A stretch of DNA of 64,000 nucleotides, from NCBI GenBank assembly GCA_041660925.1, contig JBAZVI010000003.1, positions 93,832-157,831 of the forward strand. Reading direction: 5' to 3'. Position numbers and translations under genes: made by a program. The first letter of the stretch is position 1, and every line of letters starts with the position of its first letter. Shown in pieces: positions 54,073 through 63,973 of this stretch. The notes beneath the pieces were generated by a model, which was not told the DNA's origin, ran no database searches, and saw only the letters and a list, made by a program, of their open reading frames with translations. Source of the stretch: Elusimicrobiota bacterium. Its GTDB lineage: Bacteria; Elusimicrobiota; Elusimicrobia; UBA1565.

Positions 54073-55022
54073 AGGATTTCAAGCCGACGGTCGTCGAACT
54101 CGTCCTCGCCGCTCTCGCGGTGCTCGTCGTCTCCGTCTTCGCGCTGCGATGGGGCCTCGAAGGGGCCGTGCACAACCGCAAGGTCCAGGTCGTCCCCGAC
54201 CTGCGCGGGAAGTCGCTGGCCGGGGCGATGAGCATGCTCGCCCCGCTCGACCTTCCGCTGCTCAAGGAAAGCGAGGAGTTCAACGGCGCCGTCCCCATCG
54301 GCTCCATCCTGCGTCAGCGCCCGCCGGCCGGCACGAAGGTGCGCGAGGGCAAGACGGTCCGCGTCGTCGTCAGTCAGGGAGGAGAGACCGTCTTCACCCC
54401 CTCCCTCATCGGGCTCCCGCTGCGCAACGCCGAGATGCTCCTTCGCCAGGGCCAGCTCGCCCTTGGAGAGATGACGGAGTCGTACTCGCTGCGCTTCGAG
54501 AAGGGGCTCGTGCTCTCCCAGGACCCCAAGGCCGAGTCGAGCGTCGAGAAGAACACGCTCGTCAACGTCGTGGTCTCCGCCGGGCAGCCGCCCGAGAGCA
54601 TCGTGCTCATGCCCGACTTCCTGCGCAAGAACTCCGCGGAAGCGGAGCCCTGGGCCTCCAGGCACGGCGTCGCGCTCGAGCTCGTCAAAGACTCGAACTC
54701 GCTCTTCCCCTACGGCACGGTGCTCGACCAGCAGCCGCAGCCCGACGCGGTCGTCTCCGAGTCCGCGCGGGTGCGCCTGACCATCAGCTCCCGCCCCGGA
54801 GCGCGCACGGAGGCGCGCTCCTCGGATTTCGTCTATCAGGTGCCGCAGGGCTCCTCCGAGAGCCTCGTGCGCATCGTCCTCGTCGACCAGCACGGCGAGC
54901 GCGAGCTCTTCAACGGCCTGCGCGCGCCGGGCTCCCGCGTCGAGCTTCCCCTGCCCTCCGCCGGGCGCGCCCGCGTCAAGATCTTCCTCAACGGCATCCT
55001 CGTCGAGGAGCGCGACCTTTGA
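53949..55022 (+). CDS. PASTA-domain membrane protein (TM helix plus 3 PASTA repeats) lacking a kinase or PBP domain
   Basis: TM helix VVELVLAALAVLVVSVFAL. Three PASTA-like repeats. The only in-frame ATG is 53949, overlapping fmt by ~120 nt, with no GTG/TTG alternative before the TM. Confidence 0.65.
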   Translation: MPPRQRLAPRSPTRREEADVRGGFPQRFAHGAGRPTGDHPLKDFKPTVVELVLAALAVLVVSVFALRWGLEGAVHNRKVQVVPDLRGKSLAGAMSMLAPLDLPLLKESEEFNGAVPIGSILRQRPPAGTKVREGKTVRVVVSQGGETVFTPSLIGLPLRNAEMLLRQGQLALGEMTESYSLRFEKGLVLSQDPKAESSVEKNTLVNVVVSAGQPPESIVLMPDFLRKNSAEAEPWASRHGVALELVKDSNSLFPYGTVLDQQPQPDAVVSESARVRLTISSRPGARTEARSSDFVYQVPQGSSESLVRIVLVDQHGERELFNGLRAPGSRVELPLPSAGRARVKIFLNGILVEERDL

Positions 55023-55714
55023 AGGCGCGGCGCCCCCTTCCCGACGGCCAGGTGCGCGTCGTCCCCTCGCTGCTCGCCGCCGACCCCGGCGCGCTGCGCG
55101 CCTCGCTCTCGCGCGTCGCCTCGGCCGGCTGGTGCTCGCTCGACGTCATGGACGGCCGCTTCGTGCCGAACCTGAGCTACGGCCCCGACGTCCTGCGCGC
55201 CCTCGACGGCTGCGGCGCGCGCATCGACGCGCATCTCATGGTCGAGGACCCCGAGACCTACGGCCCCGTCTTCGCGAAGGCCGGGGCCGACTGGGTCGTC
55301 TTCCACGCCGAGACCTGCCCGAAGCCGGTCCCCCTTCTCCGCCGCCTGCGCCGCATGGGCGTCGGCGCGGGCCTCGCGCTCAAGCCCCGCACCCCCGCCT
55401 CCGCCGTCCTGCCCTGGCTCGACGAGCTCGACCTCGTCCTGGTCATGACGGTCGAGCCGGGCTTCGGCGGACAGTCGTTCATGGAGCGCATGCTGCCCAA
55501 GATCCGCGCCCTGCGCTCCGCCATCGATCGGTCCGGACGGAAGGTCTGGCTGCAGACCGACGGGGGCATCGGGCCGAAGACCGCCCCGCTCGCCGCCGGC
55601 GCCGGCTCCGACAGCCTGGTCTCCGGGACCGGCGTGTTCGGCGCGGCGGACCCGCTCGCGGCGCTGCGCACCATGCGCCGGGCGGCGCAGGAAGCTTTTA
55701 ATCGGCGGGGATAG
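55019..55714 (+). CDS. rpe: ribulose-phosphate 3-epimerase
   Basis: SLLAAD, LDVMDGRFVPN and VMTVEPGFGGQ motifs. Probable TTG start at 55019 overlapping the PASTA gene stop. Confidence 0.85.
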   Translation: MKARRPLPDGQVRVVPSLLAADPGALRASLSRVASAGWCSLDVMDGRFVPNLSYGPDVLRALDGCGARIDAHLMVEDPETYGPVFAKAGADWVVFHAETCPKPVPLLRRLRRMGVGAGLALKPRTPASAVLPWLDELDLVLVMTVEPGFGGQSFMERMLPKIRALRSAIDRSGRKVWLQTDGGIGPKTAPLAAGAGSDSLVSGTGVFGAADPLAALRTMRRAAQEAFNRRG

Positions 55715-55744
55715 AATTCCCCGCGCGAAACAGGAGGACGCACC

Positions 55745-56014
55745 ATGGCCGTGAGCATCAGGCTGCAGAGGATCGGGAAGCCGCACCAGAGCTACTACCG
55801 TCTGGTCGCCATCGAGAAGACGCGCGGACCGCACGGGAAGCCGCTCGAAGTGCTCGGTTCCTATAACCCCCGCGGCGAGAAGATGAAGGACAAGCTGCAG
55901 GTCAAGACGGAGCGCGTGGACCATTGGAAGAAGAACGGCGCTCAGCCCACCGAGACCGTCGCGTCCCTGCTGAAGGCGTACGCGAAGCAGGAGAAGGCCG
56001 GGGCGAAGGCATGA
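55745..56014 (+). CDS. rpsP: 30S ribosomal protein S16
   Basis: MAVSIRLQRIGKPHQSYYRLVA. AGGAGG RBS 8 nt upstream. Confidence 0.95.
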   Translation: MAVSIRLQRIGKPHQSYYRLVAIEKTRGPHGKPLEVLGSYNPRGEKMKDKLQVKTERVDHWKKNGAQPTETVASLLKAYAKQEKAGAKA

Positions 56015-56238
56015 AGGAGCTCGCGCTCTACATCGCGAAGCAGATCGTCGACCAGCCGGACAAGGTCGAGGTCACGGCGAGCGAAGAGGGCGGCGTGACG
56101 CGCCTGATGCTTCGCGTGGCCGAGGAAGACAAGGGCAAGATCATCGGCAAGCAGGGCAAGGTCATCAAAGCCATCCGCGCGGTCGTCGGCGTCGCCGCCG
56201 CGAAGGCCGAGAAGTCCGTCGTCGTCGACGTGGAGTAG
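56011..56238 (+). CDS. KH-domain RNA-binding protein (UPF0109/YlqC-like)
   Basis: 75 aa. GKIIGKQGKVIKAIR KH motif. ATG overlaps the rpsP stop. Confidence 0.8.
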   Translation: MKELALYIAKQIVDQPDKVEVTASEEGGVTRLMLRVAEEDKGKIIGKQGKVIKAIRAVVGVAAAKAEKSVVVDVE

Positions 56239-56240
56239 CC

Positions 56241-56972
56241 GTGGTCCGAGCGCGCGCTCGGGCCCCGGGGCCTTTGCGCATCGACTTCGTCACGCTCTTC
56301 CCCCGGATGTTCGAGGGGCCGCTCTCCGAGAGCATCCTCCGGCGGGCGGCCGAGCGCGGCCTCGTCGAGTTCGCCTTCACCGATCCTCGGGAGTTCTCCG
56401 AGGACCGCCACCATACGGTCGACGACCGGCCCTACGGCGGCGGCGCGGGGATGGTGATGATGGCCGAGCCGCTCTACCGCGCGTTGAAGAAGGTCCGCAA
56501 GAGGGGTTCCAAGGTCGTCCTGCTCTCGGCGCAGGGCGCGCGCTACGACCAGCGTACGGCCGAGCGCCTCTCCCGGGAGAAGCACCTCGTCCTGGTCTGC
56601 GGGCACTATGAAGGGGTCGACGAGCGCATCCTCGAGCATGTGGACCTCGAGCTCTCGGTCGGGGACTACGTTCTCACGGGAGGCGAGATCCCCGCGATGG
56701 TCGTCGCGGATTCGGTGACCCGCCTCATCCCCGGGGTCCTGAAGAAGCCGGACGCTTCGGCACGCGAGTCTTTCTCGACGGGGCTCCTCGATTACCCTCA
56801 GTACACCCGCCCGAGCGTCTGGCGGGGCCGGAAGGTCCCCGAGATCCTCCTCGGAGGCGACCACGCGAAGATCGAGGCGTGGCGGCTCGAGGCGGCGCTC
56901 GCGGCGACGAAGAGGAAGCGTCCGGACCTCCTGGCCGCCGCGGGGGTTGGCAAACGCCGCCGGAAAAGCTAG
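56241..56972 (+). CDS. trmD: tRNA (guanine37-N1)-methyltransferase
   Basis: DFVTLFP, YGGGAGMVM and LVCGHYEGVDER motifs. Confidence 0.9.
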   Translation: MVRARARAPGPLRIDFVTLFPRMFEGPLSESILRRAAERGLVEFAFTDPREFSEDRHHTVDDRPYGGGAGMVMMAEPLYRALKKVRKRGSKVVLLSAQGARYDQRTAERLSREKHLVLVCGHYEGVDERILEHVDLELSVGDYVLTGGEIPAMVVADSVTRLIPGVLKKPDASARESFSTGLLDYPQYTRPSVWRGRKVPEILLGGDHAKIEAWRLEAALAATKRKRPDLLAAAGVGKRRRKS

Positions 56973-57007
56973 AATAAATCGTTCATCTCATCGTGTGAGG
57001 ACGTGAC

Positions 57008-57436
57008 ATGGCATCTATCAAGATCCCCCAGCCGGAAAAACGACAGCTCCCCGCGTTCCGCGCGGGCGACACGCTCAAGGTGCACCTGAAGGTCACCGAA
57101 GGCGACAGCGAGCGCACCCAGGTCTTCGAGGGCACGGTCATCAAGCGCCGCGGCGTCGGCGTGGGCGAGACCTTCACCGTGCGCAAGATCTCCTTCGGCG
57201 TGGGCGTCGAGCGAACCTTCCCCGTCTACTCCCCGCGCGTGCAGAAGATCGAGGTCGTCCGCACCGGCAAGGCCCGGCGCGCGCGCCTCTTCTACCTCCG
57301 CGGGCTCGCCGGCAAGGCCGCCCGCCTGAGCGAGGATAACCGCGAGATCGAGGTCATGGCGGACGAGCCCGCCGCGGCCGCTCCCGCGGCCGAGAAGCCG
57401 GCCCCGGCCGCCAAGACCGAGGCCCCCAAGGCCTGA
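57008..57436 (+). CDS. rplS: 50S ribosomal protein L19
   Basis: [10 protein letters not shown]...[14 protein letters not shown] motifs. Confidence 0.95.
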   Translation: MASIKIPQPEKRQLPAFRAGDTLKVHLKVTEGDSERTQVFEGTVIKRRGVGVGETFTVRKISFGVGVERTFPVYSPRVQKIEVVRTGKARRARLFYLRGLAGKAARLSEDNREIEVMADEPAAAAPAAEKPAPAAKTEAPKA

Positions 57437-57453
57437 TCCGTATCCCCCACACC

Positions 57454-58080
57454 GTGGGCCAGAGCCCGCTCGGAACCTTCGACAAGGAACTCCGCAGCGG
57501 GCTCGGCTTTTCCGCCCTGCTCGGAGTCGACGAGGCCGGGCGCGGCCCTCTCGCCGGGCCCGTGGTCGCCGCCGCCGTTCTTCTGCCGCCCGGGCTCGAG
57601 GGGTTCGAGGGCGTGCGCGACTCCAAGACCCTCACCCCCCGCCGCCGCGACGAGCTCTTCTCCGTGATCCGCGCGCGCGCCGCCGCGGTCGGCGTCGGCT
57701 GGGCGCTGCGCGAGGAGATCGACCGGCTCAACGTGCTCAACGCGACTCTGCTCGCCATGCGCCGCGCGGTCGAGCGCGCGCGCCCCGGCCCCGGGACCCT
57801 CGTCGTCGTCGACGGCAACCGCCGGGTCCCGGGCCTACGCCGGCCGCAGAGGGTCGTCGTCGACGGCGACGCTCTTTCGCTCTGCGTCGCCGCGGCGAGC
57901 GTCGTCGCGAAGGTCGTCCGGGACCGCTGGATGCGGGTGCTCGACCGGCGTCATCCCGGCTACGGCTTCCTCCGGCACAAGGGCTACGGGACGCCGGCGC
58001 ACCTTTCGGCCCTGCGCCGGCTCGGCCCCTCGCCGGAGCATCGGCGCAGCTTCTCCCCTGTTGCGGAGGTCCTCGCATGA
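57454..58080 (+). CDS. rnhB: ribonuclease HII
   Basis: GVDEAGRGPLAGPVV and DSK motifs. GTG start. Confidence 0.9.
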   Translation: MGQSPLGTFDKELRSGLGFSALLGVDEAGRGPLAGPVVAAAVLLPPGLEGFEGVRDSKTLTPRRRDELFSVIRARAAAVGVGWALREEIDRLNVLNATLLAMRRAVERARPGPGTLVVVDGNRRVPGLRRPQRVVVDGDALSLCVAAASVVAKVVRDRWMRVLDRRHPGYGFLRHKGYGTPAHLSALRRLGPSPEHRRSFSPVAEVLA

Positions 58081-58439
58081 ACGGCCGGAAATCCCTCGGA
58101 GCCCGCGGCGAGGAGCTCGCGGTCGAACACCTGAAGGCGAAGGGGCTGCGCATCCTGCAGCGCGGCTACCGTTCCCCCTTCGGCGAGGCCGACATCGTCG
58201 CTCGCGACGGCGAGGACGTCGTCTTCGTCGAGGTGAAGACGCGCGCCGGCGCGTCGCATGGCCCGGCCGAGGAGGCCGTAGGACCGGCCAAGCAGGAGCG
58301 TCTGGGACGCATCGCGCAGGCCTGGCTCGAAGAACGCGGGCTCGCGGACGCGCGCGTGCGCTTCGACGTGGTCGCTGTGCAGGACGGCGAGGTGCGCCAT
58401 CATCGCGACGCCTTCCGTGCGGAGGGCTGGACGCGATGA
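58077..58439 (+). CDS. yraN: YraN-family (UPF0102) endonuclease
   Basis: GEELAVEHLKAKG...GEADIVA...VFVEVKTR. Confidence 0.85.
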   Translation: MNGRKSLGARGEELAVEHLKAKGLRILQRGYRSPFGEADIVARDGEDVVFVEVKTRAGASHGPAEEAVGPAKQERLGRIAQAWLEERGLADARVRFDVVAVQDGEVRHHRDAFRAEGWTR

Positions 58440-58984
58440 AGTGTCCGGCCTGCGGTTTCGAGACGCCCGACGCTCAGGGCTGGTGCGACTTCTGCAAGGA
58501 ACCGTTCCGGCGGACGCAGAAGGACGCTCCTGCGTCCGCCGAACCTGCTCACGCCGCGCCGCCCGCTCCCGTCGTCCCGGCGCCCGCGCCGGCGAAGTCT
58601 CCGGCGATCGTCCCTTCGGCTCCGGCCGCGGTTCCGGCAAGCCCTGCGGGTTCCGCTTCGACGGAACCCGCACCGAAGCTGACGCCCGAGCAGGCCTTCG
58701 AGCTCCTGCGGCTCGACCCCGGGGAGCGCATCCCCCCCGTCTCGCCCGCCTTGCGCTACGCGGCGTACGGCTTCCTGCTCGTCTGCCTGCTCTGGGCGGC
58801 CGCGATGACGATGATCCTGATGAACCGGGCCCAGCGCATGCAGACGGCGCCTCCTCCGGCCGAGGCGTCCGCGGAGGTGCCCGTCCCTGCGTCGGACGTA
58901 GGTGCCGGCGAAGCCGGCACGAACGCCGCAGGGACGACGCGAGAGGCGGACGGCTCGCGCGTCGACCCCGCGATGACGCGCTGA
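58436..58984 (+). CDS. zinc-ribbon (CPACG...CDFC) membrane protein with Ala/Pro-rich region; C-terminus carries a copy of the palindromic repeat
   Basis: MKCPACGFETPDAQGWCDFC. One TM helix. ATG overlaps the yraN stop. Confidence 0.6.
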   Translation: MKCPACGFETPDAQGWCDFCKEPFRRTQKDAPASAEPAHAAPPAPVVPAPAPAKSPAIVPSAPAAVPASPAGSASTEPAPKLTPEQAFELLRLDPGERIPPVSPALRYAAYGFLLVCLLWAAAMTMILMNRAQRMQTAPPPAEASAEVPVPASDVGAGEAGTNAAGTTREADGSRVDPAMTR

Positions 58985-59006
58985 CCGGGGCTCTCCCGGT
59001 CGGATC

Positions 59007-59843
59007 CTAAGACGGCTTCTTTCGGGAGGAGCGGCCCGCGCTCTTGCGTGCGGCCGAGCCTTCGCGCGTGAGGCGCGCGATCTCGTCTTCGGCGTTGCGG
59101 TGGGCGGTGATGTCGATGACGTAGCCGTGGAAGCGTGCGATGCCTCCTCCGTCGTCGCGCTTCACGACGGAGAACTGCCGCACCCAGCGATAGATCCCGT
59201 CGGCGTGGCGCAGACGGTATTCCTGCTCGTAGGACGGGAGTCCGTCGGCGCAGAAGCGTGCGACCTCGTCCTTCACGCGCGGCAGGTCCTCGGGGTGCAC
59301 GAGGTCCATGTAGCGGATCCTCCCGCTGAGGAGGTCTCCGACCTCGTAGCCGAGCGCCTCCCGGACGTTCGGCGAGGCGTACTCGACCGGCCAGCCGTTC
59401 TCCGCTCCCCAAGCGAGGACGACGGTCGGCCCGCCGGTGAAGAGCTCCCGCTCCGCGAGGAGCGCCTCCGCGACGAGCTTGTGGACGGTGATGTCCCGGA
59501 TGAGGGTGACGACGCCTGCGCGGCCGTCGGGCAGGACGAGCGGGGTCTTCTTCGTCTCGGTGTGGATGCGCCGGCTGCCGAGGACGTTCAGCTCCTCGGT
59601 GATGAGCGTCTCCTTCCCCTCCAGCACCCGGCGGTACTCCTCGCGCACGCATGGGCCGAGGAAGGGGAACGCCTCCTCCAGGGTCATCCCGACGATGTCG
59701 GCGGTGAGCCCCAGCTCGGCGTTGAGCTGGCGGAAGGCCTTGTTCATGACGAGGATGCGGAAGTCGGCGTCCATCACGTGGAGGGGGTCGGGGAGCGTGT
59801 CGATGAGGACCTGAAAGTCCGGGTGTTCGAAGAGCGGCTGCAT
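59007..59843 (-). CDS. tandem PAS-domain sensor protein (no output domain)
   Basis: Two PAS-like modules (LHVMDADFRILVMN... and ...YRLRHADGIYRWVRQF). Confidence 0.75.
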   Translation of the reverse strand: MQPLFEHPDFQVLIDTLPDPLHVMDADFRILVMNKAFRQLNAELGLTADIVGMTLEEAFPFLGPCVREEYRRVLEGKETLITEELNVLGSRRIHTETKKTPLVLPDGRAGVVTLIRDITVHKLVAEALLAERELFTGGPTVVLAWGAENGWPVEYASPNVREALGYEVGDLLSGRIRYMDLVHPEDLPRVKDEVARFCADGLPSYEQEYRLRHADGIYRWVRQFSVVKRDDGGGIARFHGYVIDITAHRNAEDEIARLTREGSAARKSAGRSSRKKPS

Positions 59844-59892
59844 GAAGGGAGTCTAGCATAGCCGGACTCCGTGGTATCATAGGCGCGGAGCC

Positions 59893-60846
59893 ATGATCCT
59901 CGTCTCGGACCTCGGAGGCACCCACGCGCGCCTCGCCCTCTTCGAAGGAGGGCTCCTGCGCGCCGACAAGACCTATCCGACCCGTTCTCATTCGGACTTC
60001 GGAGCGGTCGTGCGCCTGTTCCTGCGCGAGCACCCCGCGAGCGTCGAGTCCGCCTGCTTCGGCGTGCCGGGTCCCGTCTGCGGCGAGCGCGTCGTCCTTC
60101 CCAACCTCCCATGGGTCATCGAGCGCGCCGAGCTCGTCGAGGCCGCCGGGACCGGACGCGTGCGTCTGGCCAACGACCTGGAGTGCGCCGCGCGCGGTCT
60201 CCCCCTCCTGAGTTTGGAGAAGACCGCCGCGCTCCGTCCCGCGTCCGGCCCGGAGCGCGGGATCCGCGCCGTGGTCGCGGCGGGCACCGGTCTCGGGGAG
60301 GCCGTCCTCGTCCCCGCCGGCGCCGGCTGGCGGGCGCTGGCCAGCGAGGGCGGGCACACGGACTTCGGGCCGCTCGATGAACTCCAGGCGGAGTTCCTCC
60401 GCTGGATGTGGAGGGAGCATCCGCGCCCGACCTACGAGCTCGTGCTCTCCGGCCCCGGGCTGACCCGCATCGCCCGCTTCCTGCGCGAGCGCGGCGGCGA
60501 GGCCGCGGATCCCGCCCTCGACGCCCATGACGCCGGCTCCGCCGTCATCGAGCTGGGGATGAGCGGGCGCAGCGCGCTCTGCCGGCATGCGCTGGAGCTC
60601 TTCGCGGCCGTCTACGTCGCCGAGGCGGCGAACGTCGCCGTGCAGTACCTCGCGTCGGGCGGGGTCTTCCTGTGGGGCGGCATCGCCCCGCGCATCCTCC
60701 CCCTGCTCCGGAAGGTCGTCGACGACGGAGCATTCACGGCCAAGGTGAAGATGCGGGGCTTCCTCGAAGGGGTGCCGCTGCGCGTCGTCCTCGACGAACG
60801 GCTGGGGCTGCTCGGCGCCGCGGCGCTCGCCTCCGAGCAGGAGTAG
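59893..60846 (+). CDS. glk: glucokinase
   Basis: MILVSDLGGTHARLAL N-terminal motif and GLK-family pattern throughout. Confidence 0.85.
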   Translation: MILVSDLGGTHARLALFEGGLLRADKTYPTRSHSDFGAVVRLFLREHPASVESACFGVPGPVCGERVVLPNLPWVIERAELVEAAGTGRVRLANDLECAARGLPLLSLEKTAALRPASGPERGIRAVVAAGTGLGEAVLVPAGAGWRALASEGGHTDFGPLDELQAEFLRWMWREHPRPTYELVLSGPGLTRIARFLRERGGEAADPALDAHDAGSAVIELGMSGRSALCRHALELFAAVYVAEAANVAVQYLASGGVFLWGGIAPRILPLLRKVVDDGAFTAKVKMRGFLEGVPLRVVLDERLGLLGAAALASEQE

Positions 60847-60853
60847 CCCTTCC

Positions 60854-61768
60854 TCAGGGAGCGCGGACCTCGGCGAGGTTGATCCCGAGGACGCGCCAGG
60901 ACGAGCCCTTGAGGCGGGCGAAGTACTCCGGCGCCGGAACGTCCTCGACGGCCTTCCCGAACGCGGCGTGCCGTACGACCTTCCCTTGCGGGCCGTCCAT
61001 GATGAAGAACTGGTGAGTGACGAGCGTGGGCTTGTCCGGCCGGCCCTCGCGTACGAGGCTCGCCACGGTCCCCGACGGGATGGCGGGCAGGAGCTCTTCG
61101 AGGACCTCGACCGGCAGATAGGGCAGCGCGGTCTTCTCGTCGGGCATCTCCTCTCCGCGCGCGCGCAGGCGGCTCAGTCGCGCGCGATGCGCGGCCGGCG
61201 GCTCGGCGTCGAAACCCTTGAGGTCCTTCTCGGTCTTCCCGCGGTACCAGGCGCGCTTGGAGAGGACCTTGGTCGCGACGCGGACGCGTTCGCCCGCGAC
61301 GGCTCCCGTGACGTCCGCGAGGAAGCCGGCGGCCCTCAGGTTGGGCAGCCAGTCCGTCTCGGGGAAGTGGTTGCGCGTCTCGTAGCTCACGATCCCGTCG
61401 CGGTAGCGGATGCGGCGGAGGAGGTCGAGGCCCTCCGCGTAGCTCCCGGCCAGCGCGAAGGCCATCGTCTCCTCGACGAAGGTCGTGCAGTCGAGCGCGG
61501 AGAAGCTGACGAGCGGGCCGCGGTCGAACTCCCCCTGCGGACCCTCTCCGAGCGGGCCGAGCACGTAGGGCGTGCCCAGGAAGCGCCGGCTGACGAGGGC
61601 CAGGCGGTCGGCGAGCTCCGCGGGCTTCGCGAGGTCGTCGTTCATGAGCGCCGCGACCTGCTCCGACGAGCCGAGCGCATGGAAGCTCACGGGGCGGCCG
61701 GCGTCGTCGGCGCCGAGCGCGGGCGCGGACAGGGCGAGCGTCAGAAGCGCGGCGGGAAGCGTTCTCAT
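60854..61768 (-). CDS. DUF1460-family secreted protein (amidase-like fold)
   Basis: Signal peptide MRTLPAALLTLALSAPALG. LDCTTFVE motif typical of DUF1460. Confidence 0.55.
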   Translation of the reverse strand: MRTLPAALLTLALSAPALGADDAGRPVSFHALGSSEQVAALMNDDLAKPAELADRLALVSRRFLGTPYVLGPLGEGPQGEFDRGPLVSFSALDCTTFVEETMAFALAGSYAEGLDLLRRIRYRDGIVSYETRNHFPETDWLPNLRAAGFLADVTGAVAGERVRVATKVLSKRAWYRGKTEKDLKGFDAEPPAAHRARLSRLRARGEEMPDEKTALPYLPVEVLEELLPAIPSGTVASLVREGRPDKPTLVTHQFFIMDGPQGKVVRHAAFGKAVEDVPAPEYFARLKGSSWRVLGINLAEVRAP

Positions 61769-62430
61769 CGTCCCTCCTTCAGCAGTCGCAGCACGAGCAG
61801 GATGAAGCGTCCGGTGTCCCGCAGAGGGCGGATGCGGCTGCGCCGCCCCTCGAGGTAGACCGTGCGCACCGGCACGAAGGCCAGGCGCGCCCCGGCGCGC
61901 GCCGCGCGCACGAGGGCTTCGCTCTCGGCGGCGAACCCTCCGCTGCGGGGGCGGATGCGCGGCCAGAGCGCGAGGCGCACGAGCCGGTAGCCGCACTGGG
62001 TGTCGCCGAGCGGGCGGCCCGCGATGCGGGAGAGCAGCCAGCTCTGAAAACGGTTGGTCATGCGGCGCACGAAGGGCATGCGCTCATCGAAGCTCCGGCA
62101 GCCGACCACGAGGTCGGCGCCGTCCCGGAGCGCGGCGAGGAAGAGCGGGAGCTCGGCGGGGTCGTGCTGGCCGTCCGCGTCGAGGAAGACGACGGCCTCG
62201 CAGCCCTCGGAGGCGGCCCGCTCGGCGCCGCTCTCGATCGCGCGGCCTTTTCCGAGGTTGCGCTCGTGGCGGAGCACCTCCGCGCCCGCGGCGCGGGCGC
62301 GCGCGGCGGTCGCGTCGGTGGAGCCGTCGTCGACGACGCAGACGCTCAGGCCCGCGCGGCGGCAGCCGGCCACCACGGCGGGCAAGGCGGCTTCTTCGTT
62401 GTAGGCGGGGATGACGCAGGCCGTCTTCAT
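61765..62430 (-). CDS. family 2 glycosyltransferase (Dpm1/polyprenyl-phosphate glycosyltransferase-like)
   Basis: CVIPAYNEE, VVDDGSTD and LDADGQH motifs (DxD). Confidence 0.8.
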   Translation of the reverse strand: MKTACVIPAYNEEAALPAVVAGCRRAGLSVCVVDDGSTDATAARARAAGAEVLRHERNLGKGRAIESGAERAASEGCEAVVFLDADGQHDPAELPLFLAALRDGADLVVGCRSFDERMPFVRRMTNRFQSWLLSRIAGRPLGDTQCGYRLVRLALWPRIRPRSGGFAAESEALVRAARAGARLAFVPVRTVYLEGRRSRIRPLRDTGRFILLVLRLLKEGR

Positions 62431-63038
62431 TCGAAGTTGAACCACATCGCGAGGCCGAGCTGGCCGGTGATCGCGTCGAAGTCCCCGTGCGTGCTCTTCG
62501 GGCGCTTGTAGCCGTTCCAGCGGGTCTCGAAGAACATGCTGAGCCCGCGCATCACGAAGAACTCGAGCCCGCCGCCCGCGGAGAACGCGGGACCGGTCGT
62601 CTTCTCGGAGAGGGAGGGCGCCGTCGAGCGGAGCGGCGGCGTGGACTTGAGGCTGAAGCTGTTGAAGCCGATCCCCCCCAGCATGTACGGGGTCCAGCTC
62701 GTCTCGCGCAGGAGGTTGAGGCGCAGCACGGTCTGGAAGGCGATCGCGCTGGTCTGGTACGCGGTGCCGTCGGGGGCCGTCATCTTGCCGTACATGTTCA
62801 TCCCGAGGTCGGCGCCGACGGCGATCCAGTCGCTCGTGTAGTAGCGGTACTGGAACCCGATCGCGGGCCCGCGCTTGGCCTTGCTCGAGAAGCCGCCGCT
62901 CTCCATCGGGTTGGCGACCCCGAGGGCCATCCCTCCCGAGTGCATCCCCTTGTCGAAGACCGGGAGGTAGGGCGGCGGAGCCTGCGCGTGCAGCGCGGCG
63001 GGCAGGAGCAGCGCCGCCAGGAGCGCGGCGGCTCTCAC
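62427..63038 (-). CDS. small outer-membrane beta-barrel protein (OmpW/OmpA-like)
   Basis: GTG start and signal peptide VRAAALLAALLLPAALHAQA. Alternating amphipathic strands. C-terminal ...AMWFNFE. Confidence 0.55.
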   Translation of the reverse strand: MRAAALLAALLLPAALHAQAPPPYLPVFDKGMHSGGMALGVANPMESGGFSSKAKRGPAIGFQYRYYTSDWIAVGADLGMNMYGKMTAPDGTAYQTSAIAFQTVLRLNLLRETSWTPYMLGGIGFNSFSLKSTPPLRSTAPSLSEKTTGPAFSAGGGLEFFVMRGLSMFFETRWNGYKRPKSTHGDFDAITGQLGLAMWFNFE

Positions 63039-63973
63039 AGGTTGCGGATGCAGGCCTCGGCGATGTGCGCGGCGGAAAGCCCGTGCTTCTCGTAGAGCTC
63101 CTCGCTCAGGCCCGACTCGCCGAAAGAGCGCACGCCGAGGCGGACGACCGGGACCCCGCCGACGCGCGAGGCGGCCTCGCAGAGCGCTCCGCCGAGCCCG
63201 CCGTTCTCGTTGTGGTCCTCGACGCTCACCAGGCGCTGGCTGTCGGCGCAGGCCTTCGCGACGGCCTCGGCGTCGAAGGGCGCGAGGCTCGCGCAGTTGA
63301 GGACGCGCACGGCGAAGCCGCGGCTCTCGAGGCCGCGCGCCGCTTCCACCGCCTCTCCGACGGTCCCGCCGCTGGCGAAGACCGTCGCCTGCAGCTTCGG
63401 CGAGCGCTTCGCGGGCTCGAAGACGGCGTCGGCCCGGCCGGGCTGGAAGCGGTAGTCGGCCGCGTGCACGTCGGGCACTTTCTGCCGCGTCAGGCGCAGG
63501 TAGACCGGGCCGTCGTGGGCGAGCATCCACTCCACGGCCTGGCGCGTCTCGAGGTCGTCGGCCGGCTGGAGCACCGTCATCCCGGGCAGGGCGCGCATGG
63601 CGGCGATGTCCTCGAGGGCCATCTGCGAGGCCCCGTCGTCGCCGATGCCGATGCCGGCGTGCGTGCCGACGAGCTTGACGTTGGTCTTCATGTAGGCCAC
63701 CGAGATGCGGATGCTCTCGAGGCGGCCGGTCAAAAAGCAGGCGAAGCTCGTGACCACCGGGACCTTCCCGCAGAGGGCGAGGCCGGCGGCGGCGCCGATC
63801 ATGTTGCTCTCGGCGATGCCGAACTCGAAGTGCCGCTCCGGGAAGCGCTTCGCGAAGGGCAGCGACATCGTGGACTTCGCGAGGTCGGCGTCGAGGACGA
63901 CGATGCGCGGGTCCTTCGCCCCGAGCTCGGCGAGCGCTTCGCCGAACGACTGACGCGTGGCCTTGGCGGTCAT
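63035..63973 (-). CDS. transketolase, C-terminal section (split tkt, subunit B)
   Basis: 312 aa matching the pyrimidine-binding and C-terminal domains of transketolase (GIAESNMIGAAAG, THAGIGIGDDG). Confidence 0.9.
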   Translation of the reverse strand: MTAKATRQSFGEALAELGAKDPRIVVLDADLAKSTMSLPFAKRFPERHFEFGIAESNMIGAAAGLALCGKVPVVTSFACFLTGRLESIRISVAYMKTNVKLVGTHAGIGIGDDGASQMALEDIAAMRALPGMTVLQPADDLETRQAVEWMLAHDGPVYLRLTRQKVPDVHAADYRFQPGRADAVFEPAKRSPKLQATVFASGGTVGEAVEAARGLESRGFAVRVLNCASLAPFDAEAVAKACADSQRLVSVEDHNENGGLGGALCEAASRVGGVPVVRLGVRSFGESGLSEELYEKHGLSAAHIAEACIRNL

